Assembly: GCA_963817635.1 (NCBI GenBank)
Contig: CAWFPR010000013.1
Span: 156,740 to 220,739 of the forward strand
Source: an uncultured Acidobacteriota bacterium
Lineage (GTDB): Bacteria; Acidobacteriota; Vicinamibacteria; Vicinamibacterales; 2-12-FULL-66-21
Direction of reading: 5' to 3'
DNA length: 64,000 bases
Shown here: positions 55,526-64,000 of the stretch, one piece after another
How positions within the stretch are numbered: the stretch's first letter is position 1
Layout: each line of letters begins with the position of its first letter
Notes under the pieces: generated by a model
What the model saw: the letters and a program-made list of their open reading frames with translations, nothing else
What the model was told of the DNA's origin: nothing
The model's database searches: none
Program-made: the position numbers and the translations under genes

Positions 55526-56800
55526 TCAGCCCTCCAGCACCCGGAGCGTCGTCGCCCGGCAGGTCGTCGCGAGCGACAGGACCCGCAGCGCGGCGTCCAG
55601 GCGGTCGCGCTCACACGGGTACGTGAGCAGCCACGCTGTGTGCGCGCGGGTGACGGAGCGCCGGTTCCAGATGGAGTACGAACCGAGACAGGCGGCGAGG
55701 TCCTCGCCCGACGGCAATCCGGGGCCGTCGAGGCGCACCAGCCACGGGGTCGCCGGCGCGGCAACGGACAGCGACTGGCGGCAGCGAGGCGCGGTGTCCT
55801 GCGCTCCCCGAGCCGCTTCCACGACATCGTCCAGCATCGTTGTCGCCGTCGCGACCGGGCCCGCGCCCGGGCCGGCGAAGAAGAGCCGGCCGGACTCCGT
55901 CTCGAGCTGGAGCGCGTTGTCGGCGCCGTCGATGTGCGCCAGGTGGTGCGACCATGGCACGAGCGCCGGTCCGACAAAGGCGACGGTGCGGCGGCCCTGA
56001 CGTGAGAGCCAAGCCACCGGCTTGATCGACCCGCCGAATTCGCGGGCGATCGCCGCGTCATCACCGTTGATTGCCTCGATGCCGGTAGTGTCGATGGCGT
56101 CGGGCGCGAGCGAGCCGAGCCCGAAGTGCCATGCGAGCACGGCGAGCTTGTGTGCGGCGTCCCCGCCGCTCAGGTCGTACGACGGGTCCGGCTCGGCGAG
56201 TCCGAGCCGCTGCGCCTCGCGAACGGCGCAGTCGACGCTCGTCCCGGCCGCCGCCACGCGCGTCAGGATGAAGTTGCTGGTGCCGTTGAGTATGCCGGCG
56301 AGCGCCGACACACGCGCGGCCAGCGGTCTGGCTGCGAACGTGCCGAGAAATGGCACGCCGGCCAGCACGGAGGCTTCGTATCGGAACGACGTGCGGGAGC
56401 GCAGGGCGACGTCGAGCAGCTCCGGCCCGTGCCAGGCGAGGAGCGCCTTGTTCGCCGTCACGACGGGCAGGCGCCGCTCGAGGGCGGCGCGCACCAGGGT
56501 TCTCGCCGGTTCGATTCCGCCGAGCGCCTCGATCACCACGTCCGGGCGGGACGCGAACAGCTCATCGGCGTCGCCCGTGAGGATGACGCCGTCGCCGTCA
56601 TCGCGCGGCCGCTCGGGCTCGCGAACGAGCGCGCCGGCGACGCGAAAGCGATGCGGCGACGTACCCGGCCCGCAGCGCGACAGATGTGCGATGGCCGAGC
56701 CAATCCGGCCGAAGCCGAGCAGGGCGATGGTCAGCGGGCGGGCGGACGCGGCGGCAGAGGCCGGCGCGAGCCGCACCGCCGCCCGGGCGGGTGCAGACAT
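55526..56800 (-). CDS. hom: homoserine dehydrogenase
   Basis: IALLGFGRIGSAIAHL (NAD fold), VVTANKALLAWHG, ASVLAGVPF, LAGILNGTSNFILT. C-terminal ACT-like region. Confidence 0.85.
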   Translation of the reverse strand: MSAPARAAVRLAPASAAASARPLTIALLGFGRIGSAIAHLSRCGPGTSPHRFRVAGALVREPERPRDDGDGVILTGDADELFASRPDVVIEALGGIEPARTLVRAALERRLPVVTANKALLAWHGPELLDVALRSRTSFRYEASVLAGVPFLGTFAARPLAARVSALAGILNGTSNFILTRVAAAGTSVDCAVREAQRLGLAEPDPSYDLSGGDAAHKLAVLAWHFGLGSLAPDAIDTTGIEAINGDDAAIAREFGGSIKPVAWLSRQGRRTVAFVGPALVPWSHHLAHIDGADNALQLETESGRLFFAGPGAGPVATATTMLDDVVEAARGAQDTAPRCRQSLSVAAPATPWLVRLDGPGLPSGEDLAACLGSYSIWNRRSVTRAHTAWLLTYPCERDRLDAALRVLSLATTCRATTLRVLEG

Positions 56801-56857
56801 CCGAAACTCCTGAACACAGAGGGAGCGAGTACTTCAGAGACCGGAACGGTCTGCCGA

Positions 56858-56965
56858 GGTTCTTATCTCTCCCGGTTTATCGGGCAGGAAGTAGCACCTG
56901 GGCATCAGCGCCTGGTTGCTGTGGCTTCGACGGGCCTGTTCCCTCAGCCACTCTGGATAAGCGTC
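56858..56965 (-). promoter_or_regulatory. SAM-I (S-box) riboswitch
   Basis: Minus-strand RNA: CUUAUCCAGAGUGGCUGAGGGAACAGGCCCGUCGAAGCCACAGCAACCAGGCGCUGAUGCCCAGGUGCUACUUCCUGCCCGAUAAACCGGGAGAGAUAAGAA. It matches the S-box core (CUUAUC.AGAG.GG..GAGGGA..GGCCC..GAAGCC.CAGCAACC...GGUGCUA..UCC.GC...GAUAAG). It lies about 60 nt upstream of hom ATG 56800. Confidence 0.9.
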
Positions 56966-56987
56966 CGCAGCGAGTGCAGACAGCGTC

Positions 56988-57017
56988 AGAGTAGCCAACA
57001 TCCGCGGCGGCTGTCAA
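56988..57017 (-). promoter_or_regulatory. sigma-70-type promoter candidate for the riboswitch-hom operon (TTGACA-18-TACTCT)
   Basis: Minus-strand TTGACA (57017-57012), 18-nt spacer, TACTCT (56993-56988), about 20 nt upstream of the riboswitch P1 stem. Confidence 0.55.
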
Positions 57018-57063
57018 GCAGAGGATTCACGTCGCACGGGAACGACCGCCGCGCGGCGCGCCG

Positions 57064-57941
57064 CCATCGAAGAGCCGGCTCCGGCAGGTCGTCGTCAATC
57101 TGGTGGGCAACGCGATCAAGTTCACCCCGTCGGGGGACGTCACCGTCACGGTTGCGGTACAATCGGCCCAGCCCCGTTCCGTCGTGCTGCACTTCCGCGT
57201 GTTCGACACCGGCATCGGGATTCCGCCCGAAAAGCAGCGCATGATCTTCGAGCCCTTCAGCCAGGCAGATGGATCGACGACTCGCCGGTTCGGCGGAACC
57301 GGGCTGGGATTGTCGATCTCGCATCAGCTCGTGCTGCTGATGGGCGGCGCGCTGTGGCTGGACAGCGCGATTGGAGTCGGCAGCACGTTTCACTTCACCG
57401 CCTGCTTCGACCTGGCGGCCGACGACGAGATGATGCCCGGCAGGGCGTCGAGCCGCGCCGGGTTGCCGGGCGTCCGCCGGCGCCGGCGGGTCGCCGGCGT
57501 CGGGTGCTGATCGCGGAGGACAACGTGACCAACCGCCAGTTCGCCGCCACGCCGGTTCCAGCCGCCCCTGCACCGGATGCCGAACTCGCCGCGCCGTGCG
57601 ACACGACCCGGTTCATCGAGCGCATCGGAGGGGACGCCGGGCTGGCGCGAGAGATGGCGCGCACCTTCCTCGACGAAGCCGACCGTCTCCTCGATGCGGT
57701 GGCCTCCGCGATTGCGGCCGGCAACGTGGACGCCGTGCGGCGCGCCGCGCACGCGCTCAAGGGAGCCGCCGGCACCTTCGACGCCGCGCCGACCGTCGCC
57801 GCGGCGGCTGAACTGGAGCGGCTCGCGCGCGGCGGCGACCTGGCGACCGCCGGCGCGATTTGCACGCGCCTGAACGCGGAGGCGGCCAGGCTCGTCACGG
57901 CCCTGCGGGAGTTCGGAGGATCTGAAACATGCGCGTCCTGA
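57064..57941 (+). pseudogene. remnant of a hybrid sensor histidine kinase: HATPase_c + stub of receiver + Hpt domain
   Basis: RLRQVVVNLVGNAIKFTPSGDVTVTV..FDTGIGIPPEKQRMIFEPFSQADGSTTRRFGGTGLGLSISHQLV..GSTFHF (ATPase domain only; no HisKA or sensor upstream). A frame switch near 57480, then RVLIAEDNVTNRQ (first ~13 aa of a receiver), then directly an Hpt domain (VRRAAHALKGAAGTF). Confidence 0.7.
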
Positions 57942-58528
57942 TTGCCGATGATGACGCGGCGCTGCGATATGGCCTGCGGGTGCAGCTGGAACGGTGGGGA
58001 TACGAGCCGGTCGTGTGCGTGGACGGCGACGCCGCCCGGGCGGTCCTGCGTGCGCCGGCTGCGCCTCCGCTCGCCATCCTGGACTGGAGCATGCCGGGCG
58101 CCGACGGCGTCACCCTGTGCCGCGAGATTCGCGCGACGCCGGGGCTCGAGACGACCTATGTCGTGCTCCTGACGGCGCACGACACACGCAGAGGAGATGG
58201 TCGTCGGGCTCGACGGCGGAGCCGACGAGTACATCGTGAAGCCATTCGACTGGAGCGTGCTGCACGCGCGCATCAACACCGGCGCGCGCATCGCCTCCCT
58301 GCAGCAGAGCCTCGCCAACCGCGTGGCCGAACTCCAGTCGGCCCTGGACATGGTGAACAAGCTGTCGGGCCTGTTGCCGATCTGTTCCTACTGCAAGCGC
58401 ATCCGGAAAGAGGAGAATCGCTGGCAGCAGCTCGAAGCCTACCTGTCGGAACACTCCGAGGCGGAGTTCAGCCACGGCGTCTGTCCCGACTGCTTCGAGC
58501 TGGCGCGCAAGGATTTCGAACGCTGACG
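57929..58528 (+). CDS. response regulator: receiver domain + C-terminal four-cysteine module (one frame switch near 58186)
   Basis: MRVLIADDDAALRYGLRVQLERWGYEPV..LAILDWSMPGADG..VVLLTAHDT. After the switch: EEMVVGLDGGADEYIVKPF..LLPICSYCKRIRKEENRWQQLEAYLSEHSEAEFSHGVCPDCFE. Confidence 0.8.
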
Positions 58529-58529
58529 C

Positions 58530-59150
58530 ATGGTGCCGCTCTGGGGGTTCATCGCGGTGACGGTGCCGCTCGTTCTCACGCCCGGGGCGACCACCGCCGT
58601 GGTCCTGCGCAACAGCGTTGAAAGCGGCACTCGCGCCGGGCTGGTGACGGCGATCGGCGCCAATACGGGGTCGGCCTGCTACGGCCTGCTGACCGCCTTC
58701 GGCTTTGCCCTCGCGCTCCAGCGGTTCCCGTCGATCTGGTCGGTTCTGCGGGCAGGCGGCGTCGGGTACCTCGCCTGGCTCGGTCTGCAGTCGTGGCGAC
58801 GGGCCGCCGCACCGCGCGCCGGTGCGCCCCAGACAGGCGAGGCCCGCGAAGCCCGGAGTGGCTGGCGGCACCTCTATGAGGGGTTCGTCACCAATGCCCT
58901 GAACCCCGCGGTGGCGACCTACTACCTGGTGCTGCTGCCGCAGTTCATCCCGCGCGGCGCCGCCATCGTGTCGAGCGCGCTCACGCTCACGGTCGTGCAC
59001 GTCAGCCTGGCGGCCACCTGGCACGCGACGTGGGCGGCCGCCGGGGGCACGCTGGCCCGCACGCTGACTGGCGGGCGCCCGCGCCAGGCGCTCGAAGCCA
59101 TCGCCGGTACCGCCCTCATCGCCCTCGCCCTGAAAATCGCCTTCAGCTGA
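58530..59150 (+). CDS. LysE/RhtB-family amino-acid exporter
   Basis: Intact 206-aa ORF. LVLTPGATTAVVLRNSVESGTRAGLVTAIGANTGSACYG, NPAVATYYLVLLPQFI, six TM-like segments. Confidence 0.8.
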   Translation: MVPLWGFIAVTVPLVLTPGATTAVVLRNSVESGTRAGLVTAIGANTGSACYGLLTAFGFALALQRFPSIWSVLRAGGVGYLAWLGLQSWRRAAAPRAGAPQTGEAREARSGWRHLYEGFVTNALNPAVATYYLVLLPQFIPRGAAIVSSALTLTVVHVSLAATWHATWAAAGGTLARTLTGGRPRQALEAIAGTALIALALKIAFS

Positions 59151-59242
59151 CCCCACGCCGGGTTTTCGTCAGAATCGCCAGCAGGCGCAAGCCGGATTCC
59201 CGGCGTAGGCGTTGAAATCCTCAGCAATCGTGCGGCCGGGGC

Positions 59243-59258
59243 TGGCAGTCGGCTTGCT
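59243..59258 (+). promoter_or_regulatory. sigma-54 promoter candidate upstream of the sensor kinase
   Basis: TGGCAGtcggcTTGCT matches TGGCAC-N5-TTGCW with exact spacing. The ATG at 59278 is only about 10 nt from the predicted start site. Confidence 0.55.
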
Positions 59259-59277
59259 CTGAGCCATCACGACTCTC

Positions 59278-60927
59278 ATGCACACTCTGAAGATCCCCTG
59301 GTGGAACCGCCTCGGGGTCCGGCTGGCCGTATCGATTGCGCTCGTCAGCATCATCACACTCAGCGTGTTCCTGTTCCTGGTCGTCCGCAGCCAGACGGCG
59401 CATCTGATGGACCAGGCCCGCCGCAGCGCGGCCATCGTCAACGACACGATCACGAGCAGCATCGAGCACGACATGCTGCACGACCGGCGCGAGGATGCCT
59501 ACAAGATCATGGGCAAAATCGCGCAGCAGGACCAGGTCGAACGGCTCCGGCTGTTCGATGCGGTCGGCCGGATTCGCTATTCGAAAGACGAAGCCGAAAT
59601 CGGCGTCATCCCGGACATCAAGGCCGAGTCGTGCTCTCCGTGCCACGGGTCCGGCCGGTCCCAGCTGCCGTTGTCGGTCGCGGATCGGACGCATGTCTCG
59701 GTCCGCAACGGGCGCCACGTGCTCGGCGCCGTGACGCCGATCTACAACCAGCCGGCCTGCTCGACGGCGAGCTGCCACGTGCATCCGCCCGCGCAGCGCG
59801 TGGTCGGCCTCGTGGAGCTTGGGCTGCAGCTCGAGTCGATCGATCAGGAGAGCGAGACGCTTGCGCCGCAGCACGATGGGCCTGACGCTGCTCGCGACGC
59901 TGACGCTGGGCATCCTGACGTTCGCGTTCACGCGCCGGCTCGTGATCGACCCGGTGCGGGGGCTGGTCGCCGCAACCAAGCGTGTGCGTGCCGGCAAGCT
60001 CGACGAGCACCTGCCGGTCAGCGGTCTGGGTGAGATCGGCGCGCTCGAGGAGTCGTTCAACGAAATGGAGCGGGCGCTCGCGACCGCGCGGGCCGAGCGC
60101 AACGAGCTGTTGCAGGGGCTCGAGCAGCAGGTGCGCGAGCGCACCGAAGCGCTCGAACGCGCCCAGGCCCAGCTGATCCAGACCGAGAAACTGTCCTCGC
60201 TCGGCAAGCTGTCGGCCTCGATCGCGCACGAAATCAACAACCCACTCGCCGGCATCCTCACGACCGCGAAGCTGCTCATCCGGACGATCAACGAACAGCC
60301 GCGCGAATCCGGCGTCCGCCGGGACGATTCGGATGCTCAAGCTCGTGCAGCGCGAGACCGAGCGCTGCTCGGCCATCGTGCGCAACCTGCTCGGATTCGC
60401 GCGCGAGCGGGCACTGACGCTGACCGACGCCGACGTCGACCGCCGCGCTCGAAGAGGCGCTCTTCCTGGTCGCCAACCAGTTCGCGCTGCTCGGCATTCA
60501 GCTCGATCGCGACCTCCAGCCGGTGCCTCCAATCCGGGCCGACTTCGGCCAGTTGCGCCAGGCGTTCGCCAACATCGTCATCAACGCCTGCGACGCGATG
60601 CCCAAGGGCGGCACGCTGCGCGTGCATTCCCGGTTCATCGAGGCAGAAGGGGTCGTTGTCGTGGAAATCGGGGACACCGGCGTGGGCATTCCGCCCGAAC
60701 AGCTGACGAAGGTGCTCGACCCGTTCTTCACGACGAAGGAAAAAGGGACGGGACTCGGGCTCTCGGTCGTGTACGGCGTGGTCGAGCGGCATGGCGGCCG
60801 GCTGCTGATCGACAGTACGCCGGGTGCCGGGACCACTGTGACGATCCGGTTGCCGCTCTCGGGTGCCGAGATGGGCCGGGTCGAGGCGGCACCCGCGCCG
60901 TCGGGTAGCGTGCATGGCGCCGCGTGA
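59278..60927 (+). pseudogene. sensor histidine kinase (periplasmic CXXCH-containing domain, HAMP, HisKA, HATPase_c), three frame switches
   Basis: TM plus periplasmic domain with CSPCH and CSTASCH; switch near 59850. TM2 + HAMP ([33 protein letters not shown]), H-box [19 protein letters not shown]; switch near 60325. [22 protein letters not shown]; switch near 60432. [48 protein letters not shown]. Confidence 0.8.
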
Positions 60928-61487
60928 GGCCGTCCAGGCCCCGACCCGAGGGATCGCGGTGTGGTGGATTGGCGAGGGAGCGTTCGAGCCGGATTTGCTC
61001 GGCGTCGTCTGCGAGCGCCTGGTGGCGGAGTTCGGGTGTGACGTGAGGCTCGTGGACGGGCCGACGCGGCCCGCCGGCACCCGCGATCCGCGGCGCGGGC
61101 AGCACTCGTCGCGCGCGGTGCTGACCTGGCTGCTCTCGCAGGTGCCCGCCGGAGAGCGGGTGCTCGGGATTACGGACGTGGATCTCTTCATCCCGATCCT
61201 GACGTTCGTCTTCGGCGAGGCACAACTCGAGGGGACCGCCGCCGTCGTGTCGGTGGCCCGTCTGGTGGACCACGCCGATCGCCGGCGTACGGCGTTGCGC
61301 CTGGCGACCGAATCGGTGCACGAGCTGGGCCACACGTTCGGGCTCGTGCACTGCGGTGCGATTGAGGGGACGGGTCGCCATGCCGCCCCCTGCGTGATGT
61401 CACGCTCGGCGAGCGTGCGGACGGTCGACGAGAAGAGCCTGCGGCTCTGCCCGGCCTGTCGCGCGAGGTATCTCACGTTTCAGCAGG

Positions 61488-62849
<1,362 letters not shown>

Positions 62850-62952
62850 GCGCTCGCCACCGCTCGCCCGGGGCCGCCCGGGCGGAGGTGCTGTTCCATC
62901 CCTCGCGCGAGGACTGTTTCGGGCCCATCGCCCCGCGCGCAGGGGCCGCGGC

Positions 62953-63069
62953 CGTTGAATTCCTGAACACCGCGGCGAATTTCTCAACACCCCACACCCC
63001 ACACCGTTTGCTCAGCAAATCCGGTGTAATTGCAAAACCCAACGATTGCCGCGTTGAGTTCTTCAACAC
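62953..63069 (+). promoter_or_regulatory. enhancer-like repeats (putative activator binding sites) plus a central palindrome
   Basis: Three copies of GTTGAnTTCnTnAACACC-like sequence: gttgaattcctgaacacc (62953-62970), gcgaatttctcaacacc (62974-62990), gttgagttcttcaacacc (63052-63069). The palindrome caccgTTTGCTCAGCAAAtccggtg sits at 63001-63025. Confidence 0.5.
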
Positions 63070-63142
63070 CCCTCGAAAGCCGCGTTTCCGGAGTCTTCCT
63101 CGTAACCATAGGCCGATCAACCACTTGAAGCGCGCGCCCGAT

Positions 63143-63158
63143 GTGGCGCGACCGTTGC
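63143..63158 (+). promoter_or_regulatory. sigma-54 promoter candidate upstream of the Cys-rich ORF / HybA-like operon
   Basis: TGGCGCgaccgTTGCC matches TGGCAC-N5-TTGC spacing exactly. It lies 75-190 nt downstream of the repeat cluster and about 80 nt upstream of ATG 63238. The leader contains the hairpin ccccgcgg-N9-ccgcgggg. Confidence 0.65.
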
Positions 63159-63237
63159 CATACAGAAAGGCGAGTCCGCTACCGCCCCGCGGACGCAAAC
63201 GCCGCGGGGCTTCGGCGAGACGGAAATGGATCGACAC

Positions 63238-63562
63238 CATGGCCTGTCCGTACCTCAAGGAAGTCGTGATGCTCTTCTGCGATGCCTACTGCATCAAGAA
63301 GATGCTTCCGCTGGATCGCATCGCGACCGCGAATCCGTGCCTCGGGGAGTTCGGCAACTGCCCGCTGTTCCAGGAGGTCATGGCGCGCCTTGCGGCGGGC
63401 AACGCGACCGCCCCGACGGCGCCGGTCGTCCTTCCCGCGCACGTCTCCACGATGGCCCGAAAGGAAGGCTCCCAGATGATCCTCGCGCTTCCACTCTCAC
63501 TCGTTGCGCTGGTGGCGGTCGTCACCAGCCTGGTGCTCTCGCATCGCGCGATCGCGCGGTGA
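63238..63562 (+). CDS. small Cys-rich protein with C-terminal transmembrane anchor, hypothetical
   Basis: MACPYLKEVVMLFCDAYCIKKMLPLDRIATANPCLGEFGNCPLFQEV.. (five Cys in the first 41 aa), then an A/P linker and the TM helix ILALPLSLVALVAVVTSLVL. Only the last 108 codons of ORF 62102-63562 look coding. Confidence 0.55.
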
Positions 63563-63571
63563 GGACCGATC

Positions 63572-64000
63572 ATGAAACTCAGTCGCCGGACATTCTTCAA
63601 GGTAAACGTCGCCGGGGCCGCGGCCCTGGCGGCGGGGGCGCCGCAGTCGGTTGCGGCCGCGTCCTTCGCCGCCAACCCGCACGCCCGCGGCGTTCTGGTC
63701 GATACCACCCGCTGCGTTGGCTGCCGCGCGTGTGAAGCGGCCTGCAGCGAAGCCAATACCCTGGCCGAACCGGCCGTCCCTGGTGACGACCGCGTGTTCG
63801 ACTCGACGCGAGACACCGATCAGTACCACTACACCGTCGTCAACCGCTTCGAGGGCGGTGGTGCGGCGGACGCACGCTTCGTGAAGAAGCAGTGCATGCA
63901 CTGCCTGGAACCGGCCTGCGTCTCGGCTTGTCCGGCGCGCGCGCTGGAGAAGACGCCTGACGGCCCGGTCACCTACAACGGCAACCACTGTCTCGGGTGC
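63572..64000 (+). CDS. Tat-exported 4Fe-4S ferredoxin-type subunit (HybA/NrfC/DmsB-like), 3' end outside window
   Basis: My own translation of frame 2 from ATG 63572: [22 protein letters not shown] (twin-arginine signal), [51 protein letters not shown] (Fe-S cluster CxxCxxCxxxC motifs). The ORF is open to the window end. Confidence 0.8.
   Translation, partial: MKLSRRTFFKVNVAGAAALAAGAPQSVAAASFAANPHARGVLVDTTRCVGCRACEAACSEANTLAEPAVPGDDRVFDSTRDTDQYHYTVVNRFEGGGAADARFVKKQCMHCLEPACVSACPARALEKTPDGPVTYNGNHCLGC

Overview
Very GC-rich bacterial chromosomal segment read by eye, with no searches run. The gene content points to Acidobacteria: two PadR + ADOP duplicated-FtsX-permease modules, a VWFA-related acidobacterial-domain protein, and Acidobacteria-style TonB receptors. 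No rRNA, tRNA, CRISPR array, transposase or integrase was seen. Layout: (1) 1-12.8 kb is a pectin/hexuronate utilisation locus (TonB receptor, carboxylesterase, PL10 pectate lyase, LamG protein, esterase, GH43, cupin, eda, kdgK, SDR, uxaA, exuT remnant). Every gene in it can only be read by hopping between frames, so coordinates there are approximate. (2) 13-24.7 kb holds mostly intact genes: ChaN-like protein, M28 and Zn peptidases, TonB receptor, Cof-type HAD, MsbA-like ABC exporter, ettA and a TAXI-TRAP receptor. (3) 24.7-31 kb is a minus-strand PadR-ADOP-ABC ATPase-permease operon plus vapBC, lying between the TAXI receptor and its fused TRAP permease (31-32.9 kb). (4) 33-39 kb: orphan prepilin, M14 and M28 peptidases, and an H1-like lysine/alanine-repeat protein. 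(5) 38.9-42.7 kb: a VWA protein, a 93-aa ORF and a HerA/FtsK-type ATPase, tightly coupled. (6) 42.7-49.3 kb: a six-gene PadR-led operon (ADOP, YHS/LolA-like, beta-propeller, two membrane proteins). (7) 49.3-53.6 kb: a GT87-like membrane protein, an outer-membrane barrel and a secreted kinase-like protein. (8) 53.5-57 kb: a SAM-I riboswitch controlling hom, an ACT-less aspartokinase and a Cys/Met PLP enzyme. (9) 57-64 kb is a signalling block: a hybrid-kinase remnant, a response regulator with a Cys4 tail, LysE, and a sigma-54 circuit (CXXCH sensor kinase, archaemetzincin, NtrC-type activator, two sigma-54 promoters, enhancer-like repeats) driving a Cys-rich small protein and a Tat-exported HybA-like ferredoxin. 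Intergenic regions carry an unusual family of heptamer-repeat palindromic elements. The candidates most worth a second look are the VWA/93-aa/HerA trio, the sigma-54 redox circuit, the PadR-ADOP operons, the heptamer-repeat elements and the uneven distribution of frame breaks.
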